Shown here: positions 52,255-62,976 of the stretch, one piece after another
Numbering within the stretch: the first letter of the stretch is position 1
Layout: every line of letters begins with the position of its first letter
From: an uncultured delta proteobacterium
GTDB taxonomy: Bacteria > Desulfobacterota > Desulfobaccia > Desulfobaccales > 0-14-0-80-60-11
Direction of reading: 5' to 3'
NCBI GenBank assembly: GCA_963812015.1
Contig: CAWETI010000002.1
Location: 1,613,213 to 1,677,212, forward strand
Length of the DNA: 64,000 bases
The notes under the pieces: model-generated
Told to the model about the DNA's origin: nothing
Seen by the model: the letters and a program-made list of their open reading frames with translations, nothing else
The model's database searches: none
Translations under genes and position numbers: made by a program

Positions 52255-52728
52255 GGTCGAAGCGTTTAGGCGCTCCAGAAGCATGTACACGCTTTTAGGG
52301 GCATTTTAAGAGGTAGGATGGTTGTCCTCTATAGATCCCGGGGCCAGCTAAATTTTGCGCTTGAAAATTATGGGGTGGATCCCTTGAGCAGGGAGGATTG
52401 GCGACATTCCGATCCGGTCTGGAGCTAAGTTTTTTTGATGTCGTGAAGAGATCATCATGGGGCCCCGGGGAGGTCTCCTCCCATCACCAGATTTCAGAGT
52501 ACCAACAGTTCCATGGGGTGTCTGAAAGTCGGCCACCAGTTCCCCCCGAGAAAAGATTTTTGGGTTTGAAATTTTTGGGAGGTGGGGGTATAGGGGGGGG
52601 TCTTTTTCTCACAACCACACCCAATTATCACGAAAAAGATTTTGGGGGATTTTGTCTGTACCATCCTTTAAGAGACATGGGGGGGTAGGAGTCCCAATCC
52701 CGGGGTTTCGGTTCCGGCGCCAAAAAAT
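52255..52728 (+). repeat. Non-coding block, diverged copy 2
   Basis: See 12446-12730; shared gtaggagtccca at 52685 versus 12689. Confidence 0.6.
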
Positions 52729-52968
52729 TATAGGGCATAGACAGATCCAGCAGTTGTCGAATGGTGGACATCAATGGCTGGGCAAGAGCAAGACCAAGGC
52801 CTGTATGCGCCAGGCCCCCATCATGACCCCCATTGAAGCCTCCCGCGGCCAAGAAATTAGCAAGATTAGCAACTTTAGCGTATGCCATCTTTTTCCCCCA
52901 AAAAGGTAGTGATTACTCCATAATTTTTTACTTGACAATATATAACCAATGGTAATATTATTACAGCC

Positions 52969-53166
52969 ATGATTGGAAGTGATTTGAAATTGTGGCGGAA
53001 GAGATGGTCGATTACCCAAGTGGACCTGGCCCGGAGGCTGGGCACCTGCCAGGTGACCATCGCCAGGTGGGAGACAGGTGCGAGAAAGATCCCTTTTCTC
53101 TTAGCTCTGGCCCTGGAGGCCCTCGAAAACCAAATGAAGGAGGGTAGACATGGCAGTAAAGGTTAG
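52969..53166 (+). CDS. XRE-family HTH protein (regulator/excisionase candidate)
   Basis: ITQVDLARRLGTCQVTIARWETG; overlaps integrase start. Confidence 0.8.
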   Translation: MIGSDLKLWRKRWSITQVDLARRLGTCQVTIARWETGARKIPFLLALALEALENQMKEGRHGSKG

Positions 53167-54298
53167 GGAACGACCCAAGGGCTCCGGGGAGTGGTGGGTT
53201 TTCATTGACCACCAGGGAAAGCGCAAGGCCAAGAAGATCGGCAGAGACAAGAGGTTTGCCCAAGAGGTGGCCAAGAAGATTGAGGCCAGGCTGACTCTTG
53301 GTGATGTGGGGATTACGGATGAAAGGCAGAAAAGTCCCCTGTTCAAAGATTACGCCGAACTCTGGCTTAACGGCTATATCAAAGGGATGCGCCGGAACTC
53401 CACCTTTGTGCGCTACAAGGATATTTTAACTCGCTACGTTTACCCGGCCCTGGGGAATAAGCCGGTTGACGAAATTAAACGGGGGGAAATCCGGGACCTA
53501 CTTCTTAAACTGAATACCAAGGGGTTAGCCCGGGCCACCATCTGCCTGGTGCGGGACGTGATCAGCGGCCCCCTATCCTTCGCTCACGATGAAGAACTGA
53601 TACCTGTGAACCCCATAGTGGGCATTACCAAACGTCTGCAACTCCGACGGGAGAAGAAGACGGTTATCGAGCCCTTGACCGGGGAGGAAGTTAGCCTGTT
53701 CCTTGAGACGTGCGTTGTCAGGACCACGGAATACTACCCCTTCTTCCTGTGCGCCTTCCGCACCGGGATGCGCCTGGGAGAACTCTTGGGGCTCCAATGG
53801 GGCGATGTGGACTGGCATGGGAGGTTTATCAAGGTTGAGAGATCATACAAACTTGGCCGGATAACCCCCACCAAAACCGGCAAGGTGCGCCGTGTGGATA
53901 TGTCGGACCAGCTTATTGAGGCCATGAGTAGCCTACATACCGAAAGGAAAAGGGAAGCCTTACAGGAAGGCCGTGGTGAATTTGTGGAAACAATTTTTCA
54001 TCGGGCTGGGAAACCGATGGAGCAAAATTACATTCGCCGGGTGTTCAAAAGAATCTTGGTACAGGCCGGGCTTCGGGAAATCCGGCTGCACGATATAAGA
54101 CACACCTTCGCCAGTCTGCTATTAAGCGATGGAGCCAGCCCGGTGTATGTTAAAGAGCAATTAGGCCATAGCAGCATTCAGATGACCGTGGACATTTACG
54201 GGCACCTGATTCCCAGCAGTAACCGGGAGATGGTAAACCGCTTAGATTCGCAACTATCCGCAACCCAGCCGCAACCTAATAAAATAGGAAAGGCGTAA
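53150..54298 (+). CDS. Tyrosine recombinase / phage integrase
   Basis: Arm-binding N-terminus; TGMRLGE, HDIRHTFAS, LGH, catalytic Y (DIYGH). Confidence 0.95.
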   Translation: MAVKVRERPKGSGEWWVFIDHQGKRKAKKIGRDKRFAQEVAKKIEARLTLGDVGITDERQKSPLFKDYAELWLNGYIKGMRRNSTFVRYKDILTRYVYPALGNKPVDEIKRGEIRDLLLKLNTKGLARATICLVRDVISGPLSFAHDEELIPVNPIVGITKRLQLRREKKTVIEPLTGEEVSLFLETCVVRTTEYYPFFLCAFRTGMRLGELLGLQWGDVDWHGRFIKVERSYKLGRITPTKTGKVRRVDMSDQLIEAMSSLHTERKREALQEGRGEFVETIFHRAGKPMEQNYIRRVFKRILVQAGLREIRLHDIRHTFASLLLSDGASPVYVKEQLGHSSIQMTVDIYGHLIPSSNREMVNRLDSQLSATQPQPNKIGKA

Positions 54299-54329
54299 CC
54301 TAATAAGATCACGCCTTTTTTATATCTAA

Positions 54330-54416
54330 TGGTGCCGAAGCGGGGATTTGAACCCCGACGAGGAAACCCTCACTGGACCCTGAACCCAGCGCGTCTACCA
54401 GTTCCGCCACTTCGGC
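54330..54416 (-). tRNA. tRNA-Leu(CAG)
   Basis: GCCGAAG acceptor stem, CTGGG-TTCAGGG-TCCAG anticodon arm, long variable arm, GTTCAAATC, CCA end. Confidence 0.95.
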
Positions 54417-54522
54417 CGGATGCCGAGGATAACCTGAAGCGCTTCACCCTGGCAATTTCCGACTTAGGAATATATAATTTCACGATGAATAATGTCAAGG
54501 CCAAACTGCGAAAGGCGACGCG

Positions 54523-55452
54523 TTGATGGTTTATCATGATCTCCCCCCGGGGGAGACAGGTTTTTCCCGGACGGTGGCCACCATCGGCAATTTTGATGGG
54601 GTGCACCTGGGGCACCGGGCCATCCTGGCCCGGGTGTGCCAGCGGGCCCGGGAGTTGGGAGGGCAGGCGGTGGCGGTAACTTTCAACCCGCATCCCGTCA
54701 AGGTGCTGCGGCCGGAAGTGAATTTACCGCTGCTCACCACCCAGGATCAGAAGGTGCAGCTGTTGTCGGACTCCGGACTGGATGCGGTGGTAGTCCTGCC
54801 CTTTACCCGGGAATTTGCGGCGCAGCCGGCCCGGGAGTTTGTGAAGCATTATTTTTTTGACCGCCTCCGGGCCCGGGAAGTGGTGGTGGGCCATGATTAC
54901 TGTTTCGGCCGGGGCCGGGAAGGCAATATCGACCTCCTCAAGGAGATGGGGGAGATTTACGGGTTTACCGTGCAGGTGGTCTGGGCCGTGGAAGTGGACG
55001 GCGCGGTGGTGAGCAGCTCCCTGATCCGGGCCATGCTGCGCCTGGGCAAAGTGACGGAGGCCGGGCGCCTCCTGGGCCGCCCCTATGGGGTGGCGGGCCG
55101 GGTAGTCCAGGGCAAAGGGCGGGGGGCCAAGCTCCTGGGTGTGCCCACGGCCAATATCCTCACCCCCAACGAACTGCTGCCATCCTGCGGCATCTATGCC
55201 GTCTGGGTCCGCCGGGGCGACGCCATTCTGCCCGGAGTGGCCAATATCGGCACCTGTCCCACCTTTGATAACACCGAACTCTCCTTAGAGGTACACCTCA
55301 TGGAATTCTCCGGTGACCTGTACGGCGAATCTCTGGAGGTGCAATTCGTCACCCGCCTCCGGGAGGAACAACGCTTCCCTTCCCTTGAGGCCCTGGCGGC
55401 CCAGATCCACGCGGATATCGCCGCGGCCCGCCGGGCCCTGGCCCCGCACTGA
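54523..55452 (+). CDS. ribF: Bifunctional riboflavin kinase / FAD synthetase
   Basis: GNFDGVHLGH, VSSSLIR, PTAN, EVH. Confidence 0.95.
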   Translation: MMVYHDLPPGETGFSRTVATIGNFDGVHLGHRAILARVCQRARELGGQAVAVTFNPHPVKVLRPEVNLPLLTTQDQKVQLLSDSGLDAVVVLPFTREFAAQPAREFVKHYFFDRLRAREVVVGHDYCFGRGREGNIDLLKEMGEIYGFTVQVVWAVEVDGAVVSSSLIRAMLRLGKVTEAGRLLGRPYGVAGRVVQGKGRGAKLLGVPTANILTPNELLPSCGIYAVWVRRGDAILPGVANIGTCPTFDNTELSLEVHLMEFSGDLYGESLEVQFVTRLREEQRFPSLEALAAQIHADIAAARRALAPH

Positions 55453-55522
55453 GGCGGGGTGCAGGCGAGCCGGAGATGGAGGGGCCGAAGTTCAGATTTG
55501 GGTTGGCGAGGGAGAAAGAATC

Positions 55523-55792
55523 ATGTGGCGCCATCGTGCGACCTGCAGTCATTGCGGCCTGGGGTCGAAATGGAATCAAGATCGGGAAGTGAGCGAGCAG
55601 GAGATCTTGGCCCACCTGAAATATAAGCACAACGTGACGGCACCGCTGGTTCAGGATGATTACCGGGTGGAGCGGGAGCGCCAATGCGACTTTTGCCTTT
55701 CGCCATACCTGGACGACTGCACCAAATGCCGCCAGGATTTTTGCCACCTGCACGCCGGGGACATCGACGGCTTGTGCGGCGGGTGTATCTGA
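55523..55792 (+). CDS. Small Cys/His-rich (zinc-finger-like) hypothetical protein
   Basis: CSHC..HLKYKH, CDFC, CTKC, CHLH, CGGC; GGGAG RBS. Confidence 0.65.
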   Translation: MWRHRATCSHCGLGSKWNQDREVSEQEILAHLKYKHNVTAPLVQDDYRVERERQCDFCLSPYLDDCTKCRQDFCHLHAGDIDGLCGGCI

Positions 55793-55910
55793 AGCAGCCG
55801 GTGGTGAGGGCGGGGCTCCGTGCTCCTGAGCCGGATTTGATAAATTATTTCCTGCCCGGAAAAATTCTGGCCCGGGATGAGGGCAGGGGGGCTTGAATAT
55901 GACTCATGCA

Positions 55911-55948
55911 TAATCCCCCTAAATCCCCCTTGAGGAAAAGAGGACTTT
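55911..55948. repeat. REP-like intergenic palindrome
   Basis: taatccccctaaatcccccttgaggaaaagagg, similar to 62977-63062. Confidence 0.55.
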
Positions 55949-56004
55949 AAAGCGGCTTAGAAAGCAGGGCAGCAAATTTATCCTCTCATCCTCTGAGCAC
56001 AGCC

Positions 56005-56361
56005 CTAGTCCAGGGCGTCGTCAGCCTCCGCCACATATTCCGGCCAATCTTCGGTCCCCGTCGACCCCTGAGTGGGCCAGGTTTCCCGATACAGCCGGAG
56101 ATGGTTCTGGAGGCCGAAGACGGACGCAGGCGGCAGAGGGCATTGGCGGCTGACCCGCCCCCACCCGGAGGCTGAGAGCTGGGCCGATAAATCCTGGTGA
56201 AACCCGGAGGGGGGGTCGACGGGGTCCGGGGGCAGCTGGCCGGATTGCCCCCGGGCCGTGGAGGAGACCAGCAGCAGGGCGATCAAGCCCGAGAGGACCA
56301 CACGGAGGCCGGCGGCCAGCGTGGTGGTTGCCGCATTTTGGACTTTTGGCATATTCTTCAT
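56005..56361 (-). CDS. Hypothetical exported protein
   Basis: Signal-peptide-like N-terminus; GGAG RBS. Confidence 0.45.
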   Translation of the reverse strand: MKNMPKVQNAATTTLAAGLRVVLSGLIALLLVSSTARGQSGQLPPDPVDPPSGFHQDLSAQLSASGWGRVSRQCPLPPASVFGLQNHLRLYRETWPTQGSTGTEDWPEYVAEADDALD

Positions 56362-56585
56362 AAGTTTTCTCCGGCACTGAGCGTTAGCAGTCCTATCGGC
56401 GGCACTTCGAATTAACTTTAAGGAAGTTCAGATTTTTCTGAAAAAAAGGGTGAATGGGGCAAGGCCGGGGCCGGGGGGAAGGGGAGGCGCTTTTTTTCGG
56501 ACCGGCACCGGGAGACCGGCAGATTGGGCTTTATTCAGGATATCCCTTGACTTTTTCGGCGGAATTTAATAAAAATACTTGTTGA

Positions 56586-56661
56586 GCGGGCATAGCTCAG
56601 CTGGTAGAGTACAAGCTTCCCAAGCTTGGTGTCGCGGGTTCGAATCCCGTTGCCCGCTCCA
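56586..56661 (+). tRNA. tRNA-Gly(CCC)
   Basis: GCGGGCA acceptor, CAAGC-TTCCCAA-GCTTG, GTTCGAATC, CCA end. Confidence 0.95.
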
Positions 56662-56912
56662 GCCCCGGGGCGAGACGGTTGGCGATCGAGGCCAACCGGT
56701 CCACCGGGGAAACCCGCTTCCCCCATCGAGGGGGCCGATATCAGGGGCAAGAACGTCGGCCAGCTTTGAGGGCGGAGAAACGTAGGTACTCTGGGGTGCC
56801 CCGAGATAATTTTTCTTGGATTTTCCCGGAAGTGGGCTGCGGCCCGCTTTTTTTTTATTGGCGAGATTGCCTGGTTCGGGAAAAAAGTTAGTGAATCAAA
56901 GAGGATATGCAC

Positions 56913-57104
56913 ATGAAGGGCATCCAGTTTGTGGTAGATGATACGGGCAAGAAAAAAGCCGTTCTCATCGATCTTTTGGAGTGGGGAGAACTCTGGGAAG
57001 ACATCTATGATGTCCTGGTGGCGCAATCTCGGAGAGGCGAACCCATGGTGGACTGGGAGGACTTAAAGTCCGAAATGGTTCAGGAGGAGACCAAGACTGG
57101 CTGA
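56913..57104 (+). CDS. Putative antitoxin
   Basis: IQFVVDDTGKKKAVLID..WEDIYD..WEDLK; acidic; overlaps RelE gene. Confidence 0.75.
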   Translation: MKGIQFVVDDTGKKKAVLIDLLEWGELWEDIYDVLVAQSRRGEPMVDWEDLKSEMVQEETKTG

Positions 57105-57357
57105 TTATCGGATTCAGTTTGCAGTCTCGGCAGCCAAAGAATTTCGCTCTCTGCCACTGGATATCAAGCATCGGGTGGAGATGGTAGTAGATAAATTGCG
57201 CCAAAAGCCCCGTCCGCGAGGGGTGCGGAAGCTCCAAGGACATGAAAGATTATATAGAATTCGGGTCGGACAATATCGCCTGGTTTATGAAATAGATGAT
57301 TTGGTGCAATTGATTGTGGTCACTCACGTTCGGCACCGTCGGGAAGCATACCGATAA
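57097..57357 (+). CDS. RelE/ParE family toxin (apparent CTG start)
   Basis: ADYRIQF..AAKEF..PRPRGVRKL..YRIRVGQYRLVYEIDD..HRREAYR. Confidence 0.85.
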   Translation: MADYRIQFAVSAAKEFRSLPLDIKHRVEMVVDKLRQKPRPRGVRKLQGHERLYRIRVGQYRLVYEIDDLVQLIVVTHVRHRREAYR

Positions 57358-57548
57358 AAGGTATCTCAGGGCGAGGTTGTGATAGGTATTGAGTCCGTTA
57401 TTCAGCCTGGCGGAATAATTCCGGCGCATCGGGTTGGGGCAGGCGGGAATTCGCAACGGTGTCAGGTTTTTTACGTAGCCGGTGAGGGGGCGCAGGACCC
57501 GGAGCAGGCGAAAGTGACCACGGGGATATACTTGAGGGGCGGCAAACC

Positions 57549-58049
57549 TTGCAAGACGAAATAACACCGAAGGAAACCGTGGTCTCCCGGCTGGAGGAGT
57601 TGATCCAGCCCCTGGTCGAGTCCCAGGGGGCGGATCTGGTGGAGTTGCAATATGGCCGGCCCAAGCGGGGGCGGGGCATCCTTAGGCTGTTCGTGGACCG
57701 GACCGGGGGCATCACCATCGAGGAACTGGCCCGGATCAACCGGATGGTGGGGGCCCTGTTGGAAGTCCATGACGTCATTCCCGGGTCCTACACCCTGGAG
57801 GTGTCGTCGCCTGGCCTGACCCGGGCCTTGAAGAAGCTTCAGGATTATCAGCGCTACGTGGGCCGGCTGGTGCGGGTCACCACCCGGACCCCCTGGGAAG
57901 GCAGCCAGGTGCACAGCGGCATCCTCCAGGGCCTGGATGGCGAAATGGTGTGCCTCAAGGAGGGGGAAAAGGTGGTGTGCATCCCCTTTAGTGAGATTGC
58001 CCGGGCCCGGCTGGATATTGACCTGAAAAATAAGAGCAAGGAGGGCTAG
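57549..58049 (+). CDS. rimP: Ribosome maturation factor RimP
   Basis: LRLFVDRTGGITI, YTLEVSSPGL. Confidence 0.92.
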   Translation: MQDEITPKETVVSRLEELIQPLVESQGADLVELQYGRPKRGRGILRLFVDRTGGITIEELARINRMVGALLEVHDVIPGSYTLEVSSPGLTRALKKLQDYQRYVGRLVRVTTRTPWEGSQVHSGILQGLDGEMVCLKEGEKVVCIPFSEIARARLDIDLKNKSKEG

Positions 58050-58057
58050 CACCTCTC

Positions 58058-59351
58058 ATGAATCTGGAATTAAAACGGATTATTGACCAGGTATGCCGCG
58101 ACAAGGGGATCGAGAAGGATCTGCTCGTGGGGGCCATCAAGGACGCCATCCGTTCCGCAGCCAAGAAGAAGCACGGGCCGCGTCTGGAGATCGAGGTGGA
58201 ATACCGGGACGAGACCGGAGAGATCGAGGTCTTCCAATATAAGGAAGTAGTGGAAGACGTCAAGGACACCACCCAGGAGATTTCCCTGGAGGAAGGCCGG
58301 AAAGAGGACCCGGAATGCGAAGTGGGCGACAGCCTGGGCTTTAAGATGGACGCCTCGGCTTTTGGACGCATCGCGGCGCAGTCGGCCAAGCAGGTGATCA
58401 TGCAGCGCATGAAGGACGCCGAGCGGGACCTGGTGTATGAGGACTACAAGGATCGCAAAGGCGAAATCATGAACGGCATCGTGCAGCGGTTGGACCCTGA
58501 AGGCATCATCGTCAACCTGGGGCGCACCGAAGCCCTGCTGCCGCCGATGGAGCAAGTTCCCCGGGAGATTTACCACAAGGGTGAACGCATCCGGGCGTAT
58601 GTCCTGGACGTGAAGCGCCAGACCCGGGGACCCCAGATCATTTTATCCCGGACGCACCCCCAGTTCCTGGTGGCCTTGTTCGATGCCGAAGTGCCGGAGA
58701 TCTCCGAAGGGATTGTCCAGGTGTTGGGCTGCGCCCGGGAGCCCGGCAGCCGTTCCAAGATTGCCGTATCCTCCCGGGACTCGGATGTGGACCCGGTGGG
58801 GGCCTGCGTCGGCATGAAGGGGGCCCGGGTGCAAAGCATTGTGCAGGAGCTGAGGGGGGAAAAGATCGACATCATCCCCTGGCATCCCGACCCGGCCAAG
58901 TTTACCACCAACGCCCTGGCCCCGGCCCAAGTGAGCCGGATTATCCTGAGTAAGGAGAGCCAGAGCATGGAGGTGATCGTGCCGGATGACCAGCTGTCCC
59001 TGGCCATCGGCAAACGCGGCCCAGAATGTGCGACTGGCCTCCCGCCTAGTGGGATGGAAAATCGACGTTAAGAGTGAATCCAAGTACTCTAAATCCTTAA
59101 AAGAAGGTTATCTCTCGTTGTTGAGCATTCCCGGGGTGGGGGAAATCACCGCCAGTCTGTTGCACGAGGCGGGATACTCGTCGGCCCGGGAGGTGGCGGA
59201 AACCAGCCTGGAAGAGCTGCTCCAGTCCACCGGCTTGACTGAGAAGAAGGCTGCGACGCTCATCGCCGCGGCCCAGGAAATGGCCAAAGGGGGCGCGCCG
59301 GAAGCTGCGTCCGATGAGGCTGAGAAGACGGTTGAGGTCAAGGAAGGCTGA
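58058..59351 (+). CDS. nusA: Transcription factor NusA (one-base frameshift at about 59020)
   Basis: FGRIAAQSAKQ, S1/KH domains; AIGKRG/QNVRLASRLVGWKIDV split across frames. Confidence 0.92.
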
Positions 59352-59407
59352 GAGGATTGTTGCACCGCGCCAAGGGCGAAATCAGTTTCGGGGGTTAGGT
59401 TAGATAT

Positions 59408-62227
59408 ATGGGCAAGACCAGGATTGTTAATTTGGCCAAGGAATTTAAAATGGATGTCCGGGAGCTGATCCAGCGCCTCAGAGATGAATTGGGGCTGCAG
59501 GAAAACTTCACCTATCTCAGTTCAGTGGATGATGAGCTGGTGGCCCGGGTGCGGCAAACGATCAGCACCGCGGCGCCCCAGGTCGAGGAACTGCGGGTGG
59601 GTGATAATGTCAAGCGCCGCCGGCGGGTGGCGCCGCCGCCGGTGACCCCGATGCCGCCGCCCCCGGAGATCGCCCCGGAGACGGAAGCCGCGCCGCCGCC
59701 TAAGGAGGCGGCCAAGCCCCGGAAACCCAAAGAGACCGTGGCCCGAGTCGTATCACTGCCTCCTAAAGAGAAAGCGGCCCCCGTTGAGGCCCCGGCGCCA
59801 CCCCCGGCCGAGACCATCCCGGTGACTCAAGCAGTGACCCCCGAATTACCCCCCGAAATTCCGGAGACTGCGACGGCTGCGCCTCCGATCGCACCTGCAC
59901 CTGCGGCCCCAATGGCCGCCCCCAAGGCAACCGCCCCGACGGACTCGGGCACTGCGTTGAAACGGCAGCGAGGTAAAGCCAAGAAGAAAGAGGTGCCGGC
60001 TCGGATCATCAGCCTACCCCCGGAGAAGCCGACGACGCCGCCTTCGGCCTCTGAGGCGCGCCCAGCGGTGGAACGGGCCGCATCCCGGCCCGGAGCCAGA
60101 CCGGCCGGAGCCAGACCGGCCGGAGCCAGACCGACCGGAGCCAGGCCGGCCGGAACCAGACCGCAGGGCGAGGCGGCCAGGCCAGGGGCCGGACCGGTTA
60201 AACCGCCGGTGCTGGAAGAAAAGAAGGACCTCAAGGGCAAGAAGAAGATCAAGCGTCCGGAAGTACCGGATACCACCCGGGCCAAGCCCGTAAAAAAACG
60301 GGAAGTTCGGGAGCGGGCCGACCTCTATAGCGGGGGGGAAGGCGAGACCCGGGGTTCGGGCCGCAGGAAAGGCATGAAAAAGGCCATCAAAAAGCTCTCC
60401 AAGGCGGAGCTCACGGTTCCCAAGGCCATCAAACGGCGGGTCAAGGTGGGAGAATCCATCACCGTGGGAGAGTTGGCCAAACGCATGGGCATCAAGTCCG
60501 GCGCCATCATCAAGCAACTGATGCAGATGGGAGTGATCGCCAGCATCAATTACCCCATCGATTATGATTCCGCGGTCATCGTGGCCGGGGAATTCGGGTA
60601 TGAAGTGGAACACGCCAGCATGCAGGAAGAAGATCTGCTGGCGCTGGCCCCCCGCAGCGCCGGCGTTGCCAAGGCCCGGCCCCCGGTGGTCACCATCATG
60701 GGCCACGTGGACCACGGCAAAACCTCGCTGTTGGACGCCATTCGCCGGACCCGGGTCACTGAAGGGGAAGCCGGCGGGATTACCCAGCATATCGGCGCTT
60801 ACTATGTAAATCTGCCGGAAAAGCAGGGGGAAGTGGTCTTCCTGGATACTCCGGGCCATGAGGCCTTTACGGCGATGCGGGCCCGAGGCGCCAAGGTCAC
60901 GGACCTGGTGGTGTTAGTGGTGGCTGCGGACGACGGCGTCATGGAACAGACCACTGAGGCCATCAACCACGCCAAGGCCGTGGGAGTGCCCCTGGTAGTG
61001 GCCGTGAACAAAATCGACAAAGCCAATGCCAACCCGGAACGGGTAAAGCGGGAATTGTCCCAGGCCGGGGTGGTCTCGGAAGAATGGGGCGGCGACGTCC
61101 TGTTTGCCGAAGTGTCGGCCAAGCAACGCATCGGCATCAAGGAATTGCTGGAGAAGATCCTCCTCCAGGCGGAAATCCTGGATCTCAAGGCGGTGTCGGA
61201 GGCGCCGGCCTCTGGCCGGATCATCGAATCCCGCCTGGACAAAGGCCGGGGCCCGGTGGGCACGGTCCTGGTCCAGGAAGGCACCCTGAAACCCGGGGAT
61301 TACTTCGTGTGCGGGACGCAGTACGGCCGGGTGCGGGCCCTATTCGACGACCGAGGCGAAAAAGTGGAAGAGGTGCCCCCGGGCATGCCGGCGGAAGTCC
61401 AGGGATTCAGCGGCGTCCCCGAGGCCGGGGACGAATTTCTGGTCCTGGAAGACGAACGCAAGGTCAAGCAGATCGCCATGATGCGGCAGCAGAAGCAGCG
61501 GGAAGCCACTCTGGCCCGGATCAGCCGGGTAACCCTGGAGAAGCTCTACCAGCAGGTGAAGGACGGGGCGGTCAAGGAACTCAAGATGGTGCTCAAGGCC
61601 GACGTGCACGGCTCCATCGAGGCCCTGGCCCAGGCCCTGTCCGAGTTGGGGACCAAGGACATTAAGGTCTCGATCATCCATTCCGGTCTGGGGGAGGTCT
61701 CGGAGAACGATATCATGCTGGCCACGGCCTCGGACGCCATCGTAGTGGGTTTTAATGTCCGGGCCAATCCTAAGGCCCAGGCCCTGGCGGAGCAGGAACA
61801 GGTGGACGTGCGGTATTACGACATCATCTACAACCTGCTGCAGGATATCCACGCGGCCCTGGAAGGACTGCTGGAACCCATCGTGGAAGAAAAGGTGGTG
61901 GGGCGGGCCGAAGTGCGGGCCGTCTTCAGCATCACCAAGGTGGGCACCATAGCCGGTTGTATGGTCCTGGACGGCAAGATCGAACGCAACTCCCTGGCCC
62001 GGGTGATCCGAAAGAAGAAGGTGGTGTCGGAAGGCGGCAAGATCAATTCCCTGAAGCGCTTCAAAGAGGACGCCAAAGAGGTGCAGTCGGGGTATGAATG
62101 CGGCATCGGCATCGATCGGTTCAACGACTTCCAGGTCGGGGACATCATTGAAGCTTATACCCAGGAAAAGGTGAAGGCCATTCTGGAAGCGCCATCAGCC
62201 AGGCCCGAGGCCGCAACCGCCGAATGA
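59408..62227 (+). CDS. infB: Translation initiation factor IF-2
   Basis: [21 protein letters not shown]; Pro-rich N-terminus. Confidence 0.97.
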   Translation: MGKTRIVNLAKEFKMDVRELIQRLRDELGLQENFTYLSSVDDELVARVRQTISTAAPQVEELRVGDNVKRRRRVAPPPVTPMPPPPEIAPETEAAPPPKEAAKPRKPKETVARVVSLPPKEKAAPVEAPAPPPAETIPVTQAVTPELPPEIPETATAAPPIAPAPAAPMAAPKATAPTDSGTALKRQRGKAKKKEVPARIISLPPEKPTTPPSASEARPAVERAASRPGARPAGARPAGARPTGARPAGTRPQGEAARPGAGPVKPPVLEEKKDLKGKKKIKRPEVPDTTRAKPVKKREVRERADLYSGGEGETRGSGRRKGMKKAIKKLSKAELTVPKAIKRRVKVGESITVGELAKRMGIKSGAIIKQLMQMGVIASINYPIDYDSAVIVAGEFGYEVEHASMQEEDLLALAPRSAGVAKARPPVVTIMGHVDHGKTSLLDAIRRTRVTEGEAGGITQHIGAYYVNLPEKQGEVVFLDTPGHEAFTAMRARGAKVTDLVVLVVAADDGVMEQTTEAINHAKAVGVPLVVAVNKIDKANANPERVKRELSQAGVVSEEWGGDVLFAEVSAKQRIGIKELLEKILLQAEILDLKAVSEAPASGRIIESRLDKGRGPVGTVLVQEGTLKPGDYFVCGTQYGRVRALFDDRGEKVEEVPPGMPAEVQGFSGVPEAGDEFLVLEDERKVKQIAMMRQQKQREATLARISRVTLEKLYQQVKDGAVKELKMVLKADVHGSIEALAQALSELGTKDIKVSIIHSGLGEVSENDIMLATASDAIVVGFNVRANPKAQALAEQEQVDVRYYDIIYNLLQDIHAALEGLLEPIVEEKVVGRAEVRAVFSITKVGTIAGCMVLDGKIERNSLARVIRKKKVVSEGGKINSLKRFKEDAKEVQSGYECGIGIDRFNDFQVGDIIEAYTQEKVKAILEAPSARPEAATAE
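60090..60163 (+). repeat. 15-bp in-frame tandem repeat (GARPA) in infB
   Basis: ccggagccagaccgg, about 5 copies. Confidence 0.8.
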
Positions 62228-62276
62228 GGCAGGGACGCGCCGGGGTTGCCCCGGGGAAGTCGCGGAGAGCGTCACT

Positions 62277-62570
62277 ATGATAATCGCTGCCGCCGTCATA
62301 ACCCTGATGATCCCGGAGAACGACTCTCTGAAGGGTAAACGACGGGTGGTCAAGAGCCTCATCGAGAAAGTGCGGCACAAGTTTGAGGCCGCGGTGGCCG
62401 AGGTGGGAGACAACGATCTGTGGCAGAAGGCCAAGATCGGGGTGGCCCTGGTGGGCAACGACTCCCAATTGCTCAGCACCCGGCTGCAGAACATCATGAT
62501 ATTTATGGAGAACCAGCACCTGGCGGAGATCATCGATTCCCAGGTGGAACTCTGTTACCTGGAGAAGTGA
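62277..62570 (+). CDS. DUF503 (YlxP) protein
   Basis: SLKGKRRVVKS, AEVGDNDLWQ. Confidence 0.9.
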   Translation: MIIAAAVITLMIPENDSLKGKRRVVKSLIEKVRHKFEAAVAEVGDNDLWQKAKIGVALVGNDSQLLSTRLQNIMIFMENQHLAEIIDSQVELCYLEK

Positions 62571-62575
62571 GACAC

Positions 62576-62950
62576 GTGAAGCATCGGACCCCCACAGGCC
62601 GCCCCCACCGGGTGGCGGAGTTGCTCCGGGAACGGCTGGCGCTGATCCTGCTGCATAAGTGCGCCGACCCGCGCTTGAAGGAACTCACCCTTACCGAGGT
62701 GGAGATGAGCCCGGATTTGAAGCAGGCCCGGGTGTTCTACGTGGTCCGGGAAACCGTGGATCCGGACCAGGTGCAGATCGCTCTGGACAAGGCCCTGGGT
62801 TTCATCAAGCAGGAAGTGGCCCGGGAAAACCTTTTCCGGTTGATGCCGGCCATCATCTTCCTGCCGGATACGGGGCTGGACCGGGCGGCGCGGCTGGAAA
62901 AGTTGTTTCAGGCGGCCAAGGTTGGAGCTGGGGGCGATTCCGAGACGTAA
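62576..62950 (+). CDS. rbfA: Ribosome-binding factor A
   Basis: RPHRVAE, DPRL, VEMSPDLKQARVF; GTG start. Confidence 0.9.
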   Translation: MKHRTPTGRPHRVAELLRERLALILLHKCADPRLKELTLTEVEMSPDLKQARVFYVVRETVDPDQVQIALDKALGFIKQEVARENLFRLMPAIIFLPDTGLDRAARLEKLFQAAKVGAGGDSET

Positions 62951-62976
62951 AGTTGACTGACCGGCAAGTCAGGCTC

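Larger units (their letters stand above)
1..54329. mobile_element. Integrated genomic island / phage-satellite-like element at tRNA-Leu 3' end (left boundary outside window)
   Basis: Tyrosine integrase ends 31 bp from the tRNA-Leu CCA end; phage-like, defence and accessory genes lie to the left and housekeeping genes to the right. Confidence 0.75.

Noticed and set aside
54330..54360. Second att copy (tRNA-Leu 3' end) inside the window
   Set aside because: None spotted by eye; a computational search was not possible
60090..60163. 15-bp tandem repeat as a special element
   Set aside because: In-frame low-complexity stretch, normal for the IF-2 N-terminus
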